From the human T2T-CHM13v2.0 reference genome, Homo sapiens, in NCBI RefSeq assembly GCF_009914755.1, contig NC_060944.1: DNA of 64,000 bases; one strand, given 5' to 3'. Position numbers and translations under genes: made by a program. Below the pieces are notes generated by a model. The model did no database searches and was not told the DNA's origin. It worked only from the letters and a program-made list of their open reading frames with translations. Positions 1-15,323 of this stretch are shown piece by piece; positions within the stretch are counted from its first letter, which is position 1, and each line of letters starts with the position of its first letter.

Positions 1-289
1 TCAGATAGCAGGATGACTTAGTGTATTACCCTAGCTCCTCCTGGTATGCTCCTGTTATACACTGGTTTGATTTTATTATTTCCTGTATGTTTAAGGCATT
101 GCTGTGCTCAATAGCACATTGCTTAAATGCTAAGATTGAATTTGGTAAAAGGGAGAAGCCAGAAAAAAATGTTTTATTCTTTCACAATGACTGAATTGAG
201 AATAGAGTTGGGAATTAGTTGACTGGCATGATATGCCTTGAAATACAAAGGTAAGAATAAGGATAATAGATACTTTTGTGCCTGATCAG

Positions 290-700
290 CTCCCCTTTAT
301 GGGTTCACTATCCCATCTCACAGCTCCTATGAATTTTGGCTGATTGGGCATTTCAGCTGCCCTTCTCCATAGAATTGCCCTGGGACCATGAGAGTTCCCT
401 TGCCTGAAAGGTTTTGTGAAACCTCTGTAGCACTCAGCTGATTGATCCAGGGTTACAAATGCCCAGCCTCTTTTTGCCAAGGTGGAATGACTCTTGGGTG
501 CCATTTGTACTGAAGAGCTCCCTGCAGGATCAGACTGAGGCTGGATTTCTACTGGAAACACACCCTACCTTGTTCCTCTGCCCTGCTCCACTTCTTTCAT
601 TCCCTTAGGGGTTTCTCCTGAGAGTCTGCCCTCAATCAATCACTTGCACATGAATCCCCTTCTCAGGCTCTGCTTGTAGGAAACCTGACCTAAGTTAAGA
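290..700 (+). mobile_element. Ancient ERVL LTR (LTR16-like)
   Basis: 3' end AATCACTTGCACATGAATCCCCTTCTCAGGCTCTGCTT...AAACCTGACCTAAG resembles the LTR16 family terminus; boundaries approximate. Confidence 0.55.
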
Positions 701-882
701 CATTCAACATTTCAATTGTCCAGTTAATTGCTTTGTAATAGGAACTTAAGATGTTTATATTCATCATATGTAAAGCTGCTTCAAAGTCTTTCGATGAGAT
801 TTCGATATGTCAGTTCTATATTACCAGTTATTCTCTCTGATTTTTAGTATACATAGTGACTTAATTTTTTTTGTTTGTTTAG

Positions 883-932
883 GTATTGAACTTATCCCTC
901 AAGTAAGGATAGAAGACTTAAAGCAGATGAAG
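883..932 (+). CDS. PLCB4: PLCB4 coding exon (50 nt; (G)[16 protein letters not shown])
   Basis: tttgtttag|GTATTGAA acceptor and ATGAAG|gtaaaa donor. Peptide matches the PLCB4 C-terminal region and phase fits the next exon. Confidence 0.93.
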
Positions 933-1079
933 GTAAAATTGCTTGACTATTTTGCAAGCACTCTTGTATTACACATATTGGTGACACCAATATATTTTTG
1001 TTTCTCACCAAGTGTAATCATTGTGATTACAAAAAGAAAAAACAAAAAACCTATTTTTGATTCTATTTTTCTCCCAAAG

Positions 1080-1145
1080 GCTTACTTGAAGCATTTAAAG
1101 AAACAGCAGAAGGAGCTAAATTCTTTAAAGAAGAAACATGCAAAG
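1080..1145 (+). CDS. PLCB4: PLCB4 coding exon (66 nt; [22 protein letters not shown])
   Basis: ttctcccaaag|GCT acceptor and GCAAAG|gtacag donor; phase 0-0; basic coiled-coil typical of the PLC-beta distal CTD. Confidence 0.95.
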
Positions 1146-1384
1146 GTACAGTGCTCTACAGCTACTATTTTGTGTTATGTATGGATGAATCATTTGTAGC
1201 CAAAAACACTACTTTGAAGCTGATACCAGACCACTTAACAGTAATAACTCATTCTAACTGGTTAACAATGAAATTAAAAAATAGAATCGGTTTGGGAGTG
1301 CTTGTCACTTGTTTGTAGTCTGCATTTCTAACAATTCTTTCAAATGCATAACAAAGCTTCATCCATTTAAAAATTGTTTCACTA

Positions 1385-1678
<294 letters not shown>

Positions 1679-2382
1679 TTATTTCACTAATAACATGACT
1701 ATATAAAATATTGAAGACCAGCTCACAATTCTAGCCACTAGTTACCTAAATTGCCAGGTCACTGTCACATAGTTTGCCATACACACTGGTGCATGGAGGG
1801 AGATGCTAGCAATCTGTCAACCTCCCACTCACAGCACCTAGAGAGAGAACACTTGTCACTTTTTCTCCCTTATGTAAATCTTGCCCAGTAGCCTACTTCT
1901 GAAATAGATTTATTTTTGCTTTTTACCCATAAGAAGTGGTATTTTGACAGTGATTGTGAAAAATTACAAGAGCTAGTTGCAAATTGTAAGAGAACAGCAG
2001 GAGGTGGCCCCAGGAATTCTCCTGTGGGTTGAAAAACGTCATGGCCCTCAAACATCGTCACTTCCAGACTCCCTCACAGGTAAAGAAGAAAAAGGTAGTA
2101 CCTCTTTCCTTCCTAAGAACATATAATAACCAGCTGCTGCTGGTAGGATAATGTCTGTCCTCTTTTATTAAGGGCAATGAGAGCAAGAGAAACTTAATTT
2201 ATAATTTATTAATTTGAAAGAACTTCTGAGTTCTTTTAAACTAATCTTGCATTCCTGTTTCTTTATTCTCTGACCCAAGCCTCAAACCAAGGCATGTCCT
2301 TCAGAACTTGGCTTGAGTGATGTACCTTTTAATCATTCCACGTATTGAGATGCCGAGAACATTGTCTGGAACCCTGTCCCCT

Positions 2383-2469
2383 GTCATTTCTTTAAGAGTT
2401 TGTGCTAACACTGATTTTTTGAGAAGTCATTTCTTTAAGAGTTTATCCTAACACTGATTTTTTTTAGAA
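2383..2469 (+). repeat. 43-44 bp direct tandem duplication (2 units)
   Basis: GTCATTTCTTTAAGAGTTT(GTG/ATC)CTAACACTGATTTTTT..AGAA twice (2383-2425, 2426-2469). Confidence 0.9.
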
Positions 2470-2939
2470 GTTAGGCCTAATCTTATCCTAGTAATGTTCC
2501 CTGTATTACAGAACTGTTGGGCTCAATGGATTTGCTGATACAGTCACTTCACTTCAAAGACTGTTTCTAAGTTTCATGAATAATTCCATTCAGTGAAATT
2601 CCTTACATTGCTCAATGGGGTTATTGGAGACAGAACAATTTAAAGTAGGGGCTTCAATGTTGTTGGTTATTGACAACAGGCTGAACTATGGAAAGCCAAC
2701 AGAAAAAGAGTAAGAATGAGAAATAAGAGAGAAAGCACCTTAAATGACTTTAATTATTTGGAATAGAGTGGATGCCCGTATGCTGCAGCACTATCTAACA
2801 GATTTTTCTTGCATTTAAATTGGATCTCTTTTATTGAGCAGACACCTCAGTGGCCTTTGGGCTAGTTGGAAACATAAAGATTTTGGCTTCATTTAATATT
2901 TTCTTGAGGCATGGCCAGAAAATATGCTGTGGCGGGTGG

Positions 2940-3190
2940 TAATAATAGCAGCAATAATAGCAGCTAGAATTCCTGCATGCTCAGTAATTCTCAGATGCTG
3001 TGCTCAGCACCTTATATGCATTGTCTCATTTAAGACTCTACCCTGTAAGGTAAATTCTATGTGAGTCTCCATTTATATGTGAGGGAATTAGGAATTAGTG
3101 AAGTTATCTGATGTCCCAGAGTTAGGAAGCAGCATAGCTGATATTTGAACCAAAATCAAGAGTCCAGAATCCATAGTCTTGCACCATACT
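2940..3190 (-). mobile_element. MIR
   Basis: Core ...CATTTATATGTGAGGGAATTAGG...TTTGAACC resembles antisense MIR; boundaries approximate. Confidence 0.6.
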
Positions 3191-3498
3191 CCTGTGTAGG
3201 ATATGGGATGCTCACTAAGTGGACAAGTTCCCTCATTGGGTCAAATGCAGTGACAGCACATGGGACATTAGGGAAAATCACTATCAACTTTGGGCAGTGT
3301 TGATATACTGCTGATTATCAGGACTGTGACTAAGGAAGGATGCCCCTCAATTTTTAGAACTTAACCTACATCAGAGTTGTCCATTAACTCCCTGGAGCCA
3401 TCATGCCCGGCCCAAGCTAACTTCTAAGATGAAGAATATAATGAATATTTACTTGCCTAATATACACCGATGCCAGCTCTGTTAACATATTGTCTTTA

Positions 3499-3858
<360 letters not shown>

Positions 3859-4074
3859 TTAAGGAGAGGGGAACAATGTGGTGAATCTATTACCATTGGA
3901 CATACTTCATGCCTGATCTCCATATGACGTGTTTATCCTAACACTGATTTTTCTGTCAGTCAACACTTTTAAAGTGGCAATACTAGCTTGTACATATTGA
4001 TACTTGCTTAAGCACATATTCTTAGGTATTCTCATAACAGTTATATAAAGGAGTACTATAATTATATGAGTTTT

Positions 4075-4570
4075 GTATCTGTTAGCTTTTGCAGGGTAAC
4101 AAACCACCCTAAAATGTAGTGACTTAAAACAATGACCATTTATTTGGCTCACAATTTTGTGCATCAGTAGTTGGAGCTGGGTTTAGCTGGATGGTTCTTC
4201 TGGTCTCAGCTGTATTCACTCATGAATCTGCTGTTACTACCAGTTTGGTTGGCAGATGGGGGACTGGCTGATTTAGGTCAGCCTCTGTTAAACCACTTCC
4301 TCTCTGCTTTATGTGGTCTCCTGTCTTCCAGCAGGCTAGTCCAGGCTTGTTCACATGGCTGGGGTCCTGAGAGACCAAGCAGATCAAGCATAGTTTCTTG
4401 TGGCCCCAGCTCAGAACTAACACACCATCACTTCCACCTCATTTTTTGGCCAAAGTAGGTCCTAAGTCTGGCCTTATGAGGTCTCTACCTTTTGACAGGT
4501 GACAAAGTTACATCAGAAGTGGGAGTGGATGCAGAAAGGGAAATAACTGTGGCCATTTTTATAGCCTACC
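4075..4570 (-). mobile_element. MLT1-family (ERVL-MaLR) LTR
   Basis: TGTATCTGTTAGCTTTTGC...TAACAAACCACCCTAAAATGTAGTGACTTAAAACAA typical of antisense MLT1. Confidence 0.7.
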
Positions 4571-5408
4571 GGCTATTCAACAGATTAGCTTATTAATACT
4601 TAAAAAAACACAGCTTCATTAAATCATCTAGTTTTTAAGTGGTGGAGTCAGGATTTGAACCAAATTCAGCCCGGCTTGAGAACTCAGACTTGTAACCACT
4701 ATACTCAGCTGCCTCTGATGTTTCTCACACTAATTTTTCTTCTCTTCACACATCTTTTTCTTTATGGTCTCAGTAACAGGTTTTTAAGAGCAATCATGAA
4801 CCTATCAGGGCACAAATATCTTGGGTTCCTTCAGGACTGGTTTTTCAACATAAGGTCATTGGGCCAAGAGCTGGAGGCTTTACAAAAATATGTATTCTTA
4901 TGCCTATCTGACACTTAGCTATCATCTCTAAGAAAAGAATATAGGAAATACAGAAATACATTTTAGATAAACTCCTCTCCTCTGCATGCTAAATTTTGAG
5001 GACTGTTTTTTTAGGAACATTATGTAGCACTTTTTACTATCTTTTGAGCCCTTAGTAGAAACCCCACTAATCGCCTGCAAAGACACTTATCAAGCCTCCT
5101 TAAAGAAACAGAGGTTTTATCCTCTTGCCACATAATAGTAAGAATTAATTCCTACATCCTTTCTGTGAAAGGACATCTACAGCTCTTTTATAATAGTTTT
5201 CAGCCACCCAACATGGAGCTAAGGCTTACCACCCCAAAGCCTTATGTCATAAAATGACCTGCTGATGAAGAAATATGACCTGGGCTGCACTCTCCCTACT
5301 AGTGTGCCCCTGGCCCAAACAGCCCTTGGTAGCTAAGAACAGGGACTATTATTTAGTCTATATCCAGCAACTGTAGGGAGATCTCAGCTCTTACATATCA
5401 GCCTAGAT

Positions 5409-5635
5409 CAAGCTTGTCCAACCTGCATGCAGCTCCCAGGCCACATGCAGCTTAGGATGGCTTTGAATGCAGCCCAACACAAATTTGTAGACTTTCTTAA
5501 AACATGAGATTTATGCACAGACTTTTTTTTTTTTTTTCTCTCATTGGCTATCATTAGTGTCAGCGTTTTATGTGTGGCCCAAGACAATTCTTTTTCCAAT
5601 GTGGCCCAAGGAAGCCAAAAGATTTGCCACTGCTG
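5409..5635. mobile_element. MER30 (hAT-Charlie) DNA transposon
   Basis: MER30-like body with perfect 8-bp TSD GCCTAGAT at 5401-5408 and 5636-5643. Confidence 0.85.
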
Positions 5636-6239
5636 GCCTAGATAAATAATTCTACTTTTTAGACTTAAAGAGAAGCAGAGAATCTATGAACTATATCTCA
5701 GCAGTTTAAGAAATAAATGTATGGTCCCAAGGAGAGCTTATTTCCAAACTTGCAGGTTAGCTACCAGATAGAAAGGAACAGTGGGGTGAGTGTGAGGTTC
5801 TGCCATTTGCAAATAGGTGTGCAATTTGCTGTTAGGATATTGAGAAGAAAAGATGGGGGTAACGACCATTTGCACCCCAGATGGATATAAAAATGCTCAT
5901 TAAAATGTCTATTTTTGGAAAATGGCAATGATCAACTGCATTTGACCCTCTGAATGTACTGGCAATCAAACTTCTACTTGTCTCATACTTTCTAGAACCA
6001 CTTCAATTCGAAATGGAAACTAGGGTAATGGTTTTTCAAGTGTCTATTATATGAGACACAGAAAAAGGAGAATTAATTAACAATAATCCTCCCCCAGCAC
6101 ATGACTCATTGGGATCCAGAGCTGCAGTTACTTTCATTAAGAGACAGGCATGCTTTTCAATTGTCCAATGAGGTCAATTCCTTAGAGCCAAAAATGTAAA
6201 ACCCAAAGTTGGATACATATCTCCAGTAACGTGTTAGAA

Positions 6240-6581
6240 GGGGAATTACAATTCAAATGCCTATGGGGTCCAAGCAGGAAGTAGCTGAGGGAAGTTGGAC
6301 AGGTGTTGACTCCATAAAAGCTGGGAGCACTCATCTCTATCCACAGGCCAAGTCAGTCTGAGCTACCACCATTGGTGCCTGGAGAGTAGATGGGTCAGTC
6401 GTGTCCTCTTAAAGGAGAGTCAAAAAATCAGAAAGCTTATCTGAATTTCCTGATCTTTTACTATCGGCGTCTAATTCAACCTCTTTTTGAAACTGCGTAG
6501 GAAAAAACAAAACAAAATCCAAAACTAAAAACTACATCTGCAGGCAGGATACATTCCTTAGGCCACCAGTTTGCAGTATCA
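6240..6581. mobile_element. Old hAT DNA transposon (MER102-like)
   Basis: Termini ...ACAATTCAAATGCCTATGGGG and ...GGCCACCAGTTTGCAG. Confidence 0.45.
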
Positions 6582-7521
6582 ACATTAAATGAGTCAAATG
6601 AAATGCCTGAGAAGCCTACTAAACTCTGGCATTTTTAGTAAAGCTACTGATGGAAAATTTTCTCTTTGCTATGCAAGCAATTTAGCCGACAGCACCAAGA
6701 CTGTTGTTAAACTCATCAATTTTAATTCATGGTCAGACCTTAGTACCAGACCTATAACTTAGTTTTGCAGTGGAAAGGGGCAGAGACACAGCAGTTGCCC
6801 TCAGAGTCCGCCTATTGGTAATCTCAGAGTTACATGCTGAGCAAACATGATTTACTCCAATTTTTCAGCACCCTCTGTGGTGCGATCATTCACGCCCATA
6901 GTCACATCAGTCACAAGAATGAATTGCAGCAGCAGTTTTCCCCAAAAGAAGCTGAATTTACTCTTAACTTGGATAAGAAACGTACACAAATTCTTCTGAA
7001 TGCTATACATGTTTTTCCCCAAAATGTCCCAGTTAAGATTTACTTTAAGTTAACACATTTAATTTTGGTACTCTTGGCTTGAATGAATGAGAAATGTATG
7101 TCTCTTCAATAGTGTTTCATGATTTAACTAAGGACCAAAAGAATAAAACCAATAATGGACATTTTTTTTAAGCTAAGATGGACTTAGAGATCATTTCATG
7201 CCTCCTTCATTTTACAGCACAATGAGCTGAGACTTGACCAGAGTCACATGGAAATCAGTAATTAGGATCCCCATTTCTTTCTGAAAGGACAAGTGGTGTC
7301 TGGGAATCAAGTTATCCCAAAACACTTCAGCAATCACTGCCTACCACACAGGGATGGAGTTTTGAATAAAAAGAGAAACAGAGACAATTTTTCAGGACCA
7401 GCTTTCCTGTTACTGACATTAATTATAGTCACTTTAATTCAATATGCTTTCAGTTTTTCAAATTATTTTTGCATATGTTTAGTAACCTTGCATCTCATAA
7501 GCAACTCATGAATTCGGTTAG

Positions 7522-7851
<330 letters not shown>

Positions 7852-7979
7852 TAACTCAGTTTTCTAATAAAGACATTGAGGCCTGGGAAGATTTATATAT
7901 GTTACACAAGGGCAGTTGTTTAATTATTGGCTGAGCTGGGACCAGAATCTAAGTCCTCTTGCTATTTTCCTATGCTGAC

Positions 7980-8090
7980 TTTTTATTCATGCGATAAATA
8001 CTTATTGAGCATATACTTTGTACCAGGCTTTGTGCCATGTACTGGTAAAGAGAAAAGACCTGCCCTGCTCTTGTAGAGCATATTACATAG
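7980..8090 (-). mobile_element. L2 3' fragment
   Basis: ATTCAT...AAATACTTATTGAGCATATACTTTGTACCAGGC, an antisense L2 tail. Confidence 0.6.
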
Positions 8091-8659
8091 AGTTGAATCC
8101 ATCATAAACAACTTTGTGGTACAAAGAGCCCTATTCCTCATATCTAATTGGATTAATAAGGTTCACCAAAATATTTTCTTAGGAAAAAAATCTGTGTCAA
8201 TTTACATCCAAGCCTCAAAGTCTCTACTTGTCCTGTTCTGCACTAAAATATTTAAAGAAATAGCCTTCACCCTCCTTTCAATGATATTTGCAAGATAATA
8301 TAGGACTGTGGCACTTCTGATATATTTTGAGACCTGCAGAAAGCCCCTTATTTATTTAATTTTTTGCCCAGGAAAAATTAACACATGGGTTAGCCAACCA
8401 TAATGATTTCTAAATCTTAGAAAGAAGACTAGGAGGAGGGCATTTTAGTAGGTACCAAAGTATTACAAGAGTAGTTAAATACATTCAGGGATACATCAAC
8501 ATGTTCCTCTATTCCTGGGGCAGTAGATCAAGCATGGAGGAAACATTTATTGATTTAATTAGTCTGATTGATATCCCTATCTCAAGTCACTCTCTGTGTG
8601 TTATCATGGGTATTGAATAGTATAGATAGGTTTGTATGTCACTGTGTTTTGAATAAGCT

Positions 8660-8790
8660 GTAACACACATTTGATACATTAGATTCACTTTTAATCCTAA
8701 CAACCCTATGAAGTAAATGTCACTATCCCAATTATAAAGATGAGCATACTCTGGAAAGGTAAGTGACTCACCCCAGCACTGAAAAACCCA
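8660..8790 (-). mobile_element. MIR fragment
   Basis: TTTAATCCTAACAACCCTATGAAGTA...AGATGAG...GGTAAGTGACTCACCC. Confidence 0.6.
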
Positions 8791-10227
8791 TGTCCTTAAC
8801 CCAGTGCCACATTGCAGAAGCTCTGGAGGAAATGTGTTTATAGCACAAAGGTGCACACACATTGGTAATATGGCTAGATTTATGGGGCATTCCAATTACA
8901 AATTAAGCCCAGATCCACAGCAAGCCCACCTAGCCTTTGTTCCCACTGTAAGTTCCTATGTTGGGAATCTCCCTATCCAGCATCACCCTTCTCCACTCCT
9001 TCTCCTAAAGACAAGAATGCTGAGGCCTTGTGCATGAATGCGTTTCTAAAGAATTTATATATAAATGAATTGTAGATCAAGTCCTGTGTTAAATCTCTTA
9101 GCTGGGAAATTAAGGAAGTCTTGGTAAAGACTTAAAAATTCCTTCCCCATTTATATTTTATGAAACCGTTAAAAGAAGTTCATGAATTAGATTTGCATAA
9201 AGTCAAGCCTACCTTAGAAAGAAAATAAATTTGCTTTTAAATTAAGGCACTATTTTCTTCAATAAGTGAAAGGAAATATGACGGTGAGAGGGGTTATATA
9301 ACCTGAACAACATGTACACCCATTCCAGTCATGAATAGCATCCCATTTTTCTGGTTCTCAAGAGTAAGGTTAGGCTATAACATCAAGTGTCATTTAGAGT
9401 TGGAAATTTCTGATTGTACTGATTTCCTCTGTGCTTGGGAGGCTGAGCAGCTAAAGAAATCTGATTTCATATAAGTCATTGGCTGTAGCTAAATGCCTTT
9501 TTCATTGTCCAGGAAGAAATAATGTTTATATTGAAATACCTACTTTCCAAAGCATTGCAGCCCCAATTTCAATGGTTACGTGAAGCAGATGGGAAAATGT
9601 TTTAAATATCTGTAAAACAGAAGGCCATAGCTCCTGAACACTTTATCCTCATAAACTGCTTCTAGATAAGTAAGCCAGTGAAAATATTAAGTGATGTAGA
9701 TTCAAATTCAGCTGATGGTGACAAACACAGTGATGCCTCTCATTATATAATAATGGCATTCAAGAGCTCCAAAATGTGCAGGTGTTTAGAAACCATGTCA
9801 CATGATGAATAGTTACATTTAGCATATACAAGAGAAGAAACATGGTGGCTGAACTTGCATGTTTGAGGACCAATGTGTGGAAGGGGCAGTAGGCTAATTA
9901 CATGTCTCAAACAGCAGAACAAAGATGAATGGGTGGAAATACTACAGAGATGTGTATATGTAGAAGAAAGGACTTCGAGATGATTGGCACTACCCACTGC
10001 TGAGCAGGAGTGCATTTGAACTGGGCATGTTCACTAGACTGAGGCTAGAGACTCCCATGTTGGGAATGCCCTTGGACAAAAAAACCGGTGTTGAATGGGA
10101 GATCTGGAGTCTGTACTGTTCTCAGATTTGGTTATTCCTTGACTTTCTAAATGAAGACTCTAGGGAAGCTGGTGAAAGTTATGCCAGCCCTATATGGTGT
10201 GAGCCATGCTAAGAGTCCAATTCATAA

Positions 10228-10365
<138 letters not shown>

Positions 10366-10696
10366 TAATACTGTTTATTTCCTTCTGAAGACTTTCTCTA
10401 TGTTTATATTTTGTCTTTTCCCACAGTTTTGCTGCTGTTTAGGTCAAGGAAGAACTTAGTGTTGACTTGATTTTCATCATTAAAAATTATTCCTGGGAAG
10501 TAAGAAACTCATTCATTTTAAATGCTCTAACATCATAACAGGTCAATGAGTGGATGTAGCTTCTGGTTTGGGGAAGGTTCTCAGCAGAGATTCTGATATC
10601 TTTTAATTCATCATAATTATTTCTAATATGAGAAAGAAATCTTAGCCTCAAATAATTGAAAAAATACCTCTTTACTCTGAGAATTGATTGTCCTTT

Positions 10697-11310
10697 TTGA
10701 TTTTGAACTAATTTTAAATTTACAGAAAAGTTTCCAAAATACTACAGAGTTCCCTTATGCCCTTAACTCACTTTCCCTAAATGTTAACATCTCACATAAT
10801 CATAGTACAGTTGTCAAACCAGGAAATTGACAGTGGTGCAATACCATTAACCAAGCCACAGTGATTTTTCACATTTTACCAGTTTTTCCACAAGTGCTTG
10901 TTTTCCACTCTGGGATCACCTCCAAAATTAAATAGCATTTAGTTGTCATCTCAGTATGTGATAATTCCTCAATCTCTCCCTGTCTTTTGTGACTTTCACT
11001 TTTGAAGAGAGCTGGTCAGTTGTTTTGTAGAATGGCTCTTCTTTTGGATTTGTCTGATATTTTCTCATGATGAGAGTGAGGTTATGCATTTGTGGCAAGC
11101 ACACCATGGAAACAATGCTGCTTCCTTCTCAGTCCACGATATTGGGGGGATGGGGGTGTGACATTGATATGTCCCATTATTGGTGATGTTAACCTGGATG
11201 ACTTGGTTAAGCTGGTATCTTACAGGTTTCTGCACTGTCAGATTACTTTTTTCCCTTTATAAATACTTTGGGGAAAATTCCATGAGACCACGCATACATT
11301 CTATTTATCT
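10697..11310 (-). mobile_element. Old L1M (L1MC-like) 3' fragment
   Basis: TTTAAATTTACAGAAAAGTT...GGTGATGTTAACCTGGATGACTTGGTTAAG resembles antisense L1MC4/5 3' end. Confidence 0.65.
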
Positions 11311-12762
11311 GAGAAATTATTTTTCCTGCCTTTGACCTTCTCCAGGGATTCCCTCTGGTTTTTATCTCTTTCCTTCAATCTCTGCTGATGTCTTCTAGTT
11401 TTCCACAACCTTTGGCACAAGAGAAAAGGAGAATGAGATTTCTTTTTCCTACTTGGGTTTTTTGGCATTTGGTTTTTGTTTTTTATTTTTTGTTTTAACA
11501 GTCACCCAAGATATACCTAGAAAACTAAACTCTGAAAACAGAACAGATTATGTTAGTTATAATTTTCTTGGACATTGGTTCATATTGCCGAAATTTCAGA
11601 TCCCAAGATCTAAGTTCATGACATGAAACCAATGTAATTTGCTTGAGGAGTAAATGGTGGGTAACTAAAATGCCTGCCCTGGTATCAGGCCTCACTATTT
11701 GAGAGGTACCCTCATTTTTATTAAAGTTGTATTTTTCAGAAAAATACAAATCAGGCACTGATTATTGAGCATCTGTTATTATGCATCATCTGCCTTTTGT
11801 TTTCCCCGTAGGTTTCACTGTGTATTATTGAGGCAGAAATGTGCCTGTTGCTTAGAAAACATTTTGATCTGTATTTTAAGTGAGTAAGTGAGTCACCCAC
11901 CTCGGAGCTCATGTGGCAATATTGGTAGTGATTACAGTAAGTTTTGAGGAGCTGTGATTCTTCTAGATTCTAACCACATCAGCTTTGGCCTATTTCTTTT
12001 TTGTAAATTAATTTCTCATATTTAATGACATTTTAGGCTATAATATTGAAACTGATGGTAGACAGACTCTAATACCAAGGAGCAAATTGTTGATGACTTT
12101 ATAGTACTCTCCAAGAATAAGGTTATTTGTATTTACAAGATATCTTTTCAAAAAATGTTTCATGCATTTTTGTGGATCGGTGTATTTAGAAACACAGTTT
12201 TGGCTTAACCAAACCAAAAATTTTTATTAAGGAGATTTCAGATCCAAGCACCATAGAGTAAATTTCTTTGCTAAAAATAATATTACAGTTTTCTGATTCA
12301 ATCAATCATGAGTGCTACCTTTAGAAATTTTTAAAAAATTGATAAAATATATCTTTACCTCATGATTGTTTTTACTCTCAAAGATAATGTGGGATCAAAA
12401 TGTAATTTATTATAAACTTGGTAATTATTAGAAGTGTCCCTGGTGTGACACTTAACCCCCCAAACAGGCTATTGAGTGCTCTTGGAGGTCTCTCAGCAAA
12501 TAAAGCCCTGTTTTATCCTAAACGTAGATGAGACTGGAAAAGTCTAATCTGTAGATTTCTTCCTGAGCCTCTGCTGTCAAACGCAGCACTCCTAGCAGGC
12601 TCTTCACACAGAGCATTTCCAAGTACTCTAAAGAGTAGAATCTTAGCAATACATTAAAAGTTACTTCAAAATCAGACATCAGATACTTTCTTCTGGAAAG
12701 CCATATCTGAGGAGAGTTTCTCATCATTAATATTCACCATGATATCAAGGTTGCCTGGACTT

Positions 12763-13059
<297 letters not shown>

Positions 13060-14250
13060 TGAGTTGCTAAAAAGTTAGTGAAAGGGGAAACTGTGACAGT
13101 CCTTGGAGCTTTCTCATGCAGGATCTATTTTTGAAACAAATGAAAGGTTTCCCCTTACTCTTACCTACTCAGCTGAAAGGAAAGATTGACCTGGGAAAGG
13201 GAAGCTTTATTCAAGTGCTTCCAGCTTTGGCTAATGACTACCTCTCATATGCTTTCCACTCAAGGATCTTTAAGGTGATGGTAAAAAGATGAATGGGGGA
13301 ACAAGGGAAGACAAGCTAAAGTTGGGAAAATTCTAAATTACAGAAATTATTTTGCATAGCCCGAATATAAAGAAGGTTGATGCACTAGAAAGGGGAAAAT
13401 AAAATCTTGATTTTCAAATAAATATTACAAGTGCATGCCCTTATGCCCTCAGATGAGAGTGTTGAATAAAACCTCTCATTGCATTTACTGTGAAAGATTT
13501 GTCTAGAATTAAGTCACGGGAATGTTTCGGCAGTGCTGCAAACTTATTGAATAACAGAAGAGAGAAGAAACTTGCTCAGTGCCAGCCATTGAGAAGTGCT
13601 AGATTTGATGCGAGACCTTGCATTTTTAGAGTAATGCTTCTCTCACAGGAACTTGGAATTATATTATAAGGAAGCATTCTGACTTGAGCTATAATAACCT
13701 AGAGTATACATGCTGAAGATGAAGCTCAGGACCTGTTCTTGTTTCAGCAGCGATGTGGATATTCCAAAAGGAAGACATAATCACTGAAATAAGCAGTAAT
13801 AGTTGCTGGGCACTCGCCTAGCATATATTTCCTACTCACAATAGAATAAGAAGCAAAAATTGCCCTGTGGTGCCAAGGATTGCTATTTTCTCCTTCACTG
13901 GCATATTTAAAAGACAAAAATCTGGCTTTATAATGAAATGGAAGAATGAAAAATTCACTTCAAGTCTGAGGACCTATTTTCCAGTTTTCATCCCAAATAA
14001 TATTTTATTGAATAAGTGAAAAATAGCTTGAGAAAAACAGGAACCAAAATGGAAACTGACAACAGCCCCTTAATGATGAAATAATTGTTAGGTTTGAAGT
14101 GCCTCTTTGTATAGTGGTTGAATTGAGTAATCATGAAACAGATAATATTTTGTAAGGTGTGAATCTATTACTAGAAAGACCAGTGTTGCCCAATGAGCCA
14201 TGACATCTCATATTTGATGAATATATTATCTTCATCAGAAAGCTTTGTAG

Positions 14251-14418
<168 letters not shown>

Positions 14419-15323
14419 TGACTTGCAGAAGACACTTTGTAATTTTTTAGAAGGAGTACCTAGTGTAAATTAGAAATAACAGTAGCCCAGAGCTGGTCTA
14501 GTAGCCTGCAGCTGATCTGGGATGTCAGGGGAGCCCAGGGTTCATGTTTGCCTCAGACTCACTGGCTTTAAGAAGAGCCATTTCATGGAACATCTTCTTT
14601 TGTCTTGTCTGTTGAACTATGCTAACAATATTTATGTTGCCTGCCTCAGAGGCATCAAGGAAAATAATAAATGAAGATACTAAAAGGAAATATTATATAA
14701 AATACAGAATATACTTCCCTATAGAAATAACATTAAACATAGGACAGAAAACCGCCCAAATTGGGAGGTGATACTTACTCCATCCTAACTTTACATGGAA
14801 ATTTGGAATGAGAAAAAATTAAGAGCTGATATTCTAAAAGAGAAGCCTAATTACTCACATTTTCTTAAAGACAGGAGAAAATAGGAGCTTGAGAGACTTT
14901 AATCAACTTTGTGGGCATTTGGAGAACTAAGTGTTAAGTCCCAGTTAAGAATGAAAACAATTCTTCCAGCAATGATAGTTTTTAAATGAAAAGGAAAAAA
15001 AAAGAAAAAAAAAACCAACAACAACTGTTAAAGAAAGCTCCCAAAAATAGCTGTGGTTGAACCAGCCAGCCTCATCTATCTATATGCAGCTGTGTCATCT
15101 GGCCTAATGGCCCTGCTGCATGCATGGAGCAGGCAAGATGTTCAAGATGTTCTTGGTAGCTGTATGTTTTGTAGGGCATGAACTCTATAGAGGCAGTAAG
15201 GCATGTGTCTTTAAGAGTTATTCCCCACTCTCTCTCTTCTTAACTGGAATGTTTGAGAATTAGTAGTTGTGCAAACTGTCATGATTCTTAGATGCTTGGC
15301 ATCAATAAGAAAAGCCTTGGCAA

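Noticed and set aside
807-1199. 130-aa ORF as an independent gene
   Set aside because: It is two PLCB4 exons plus the open 147-nt intron and intronic flanks.
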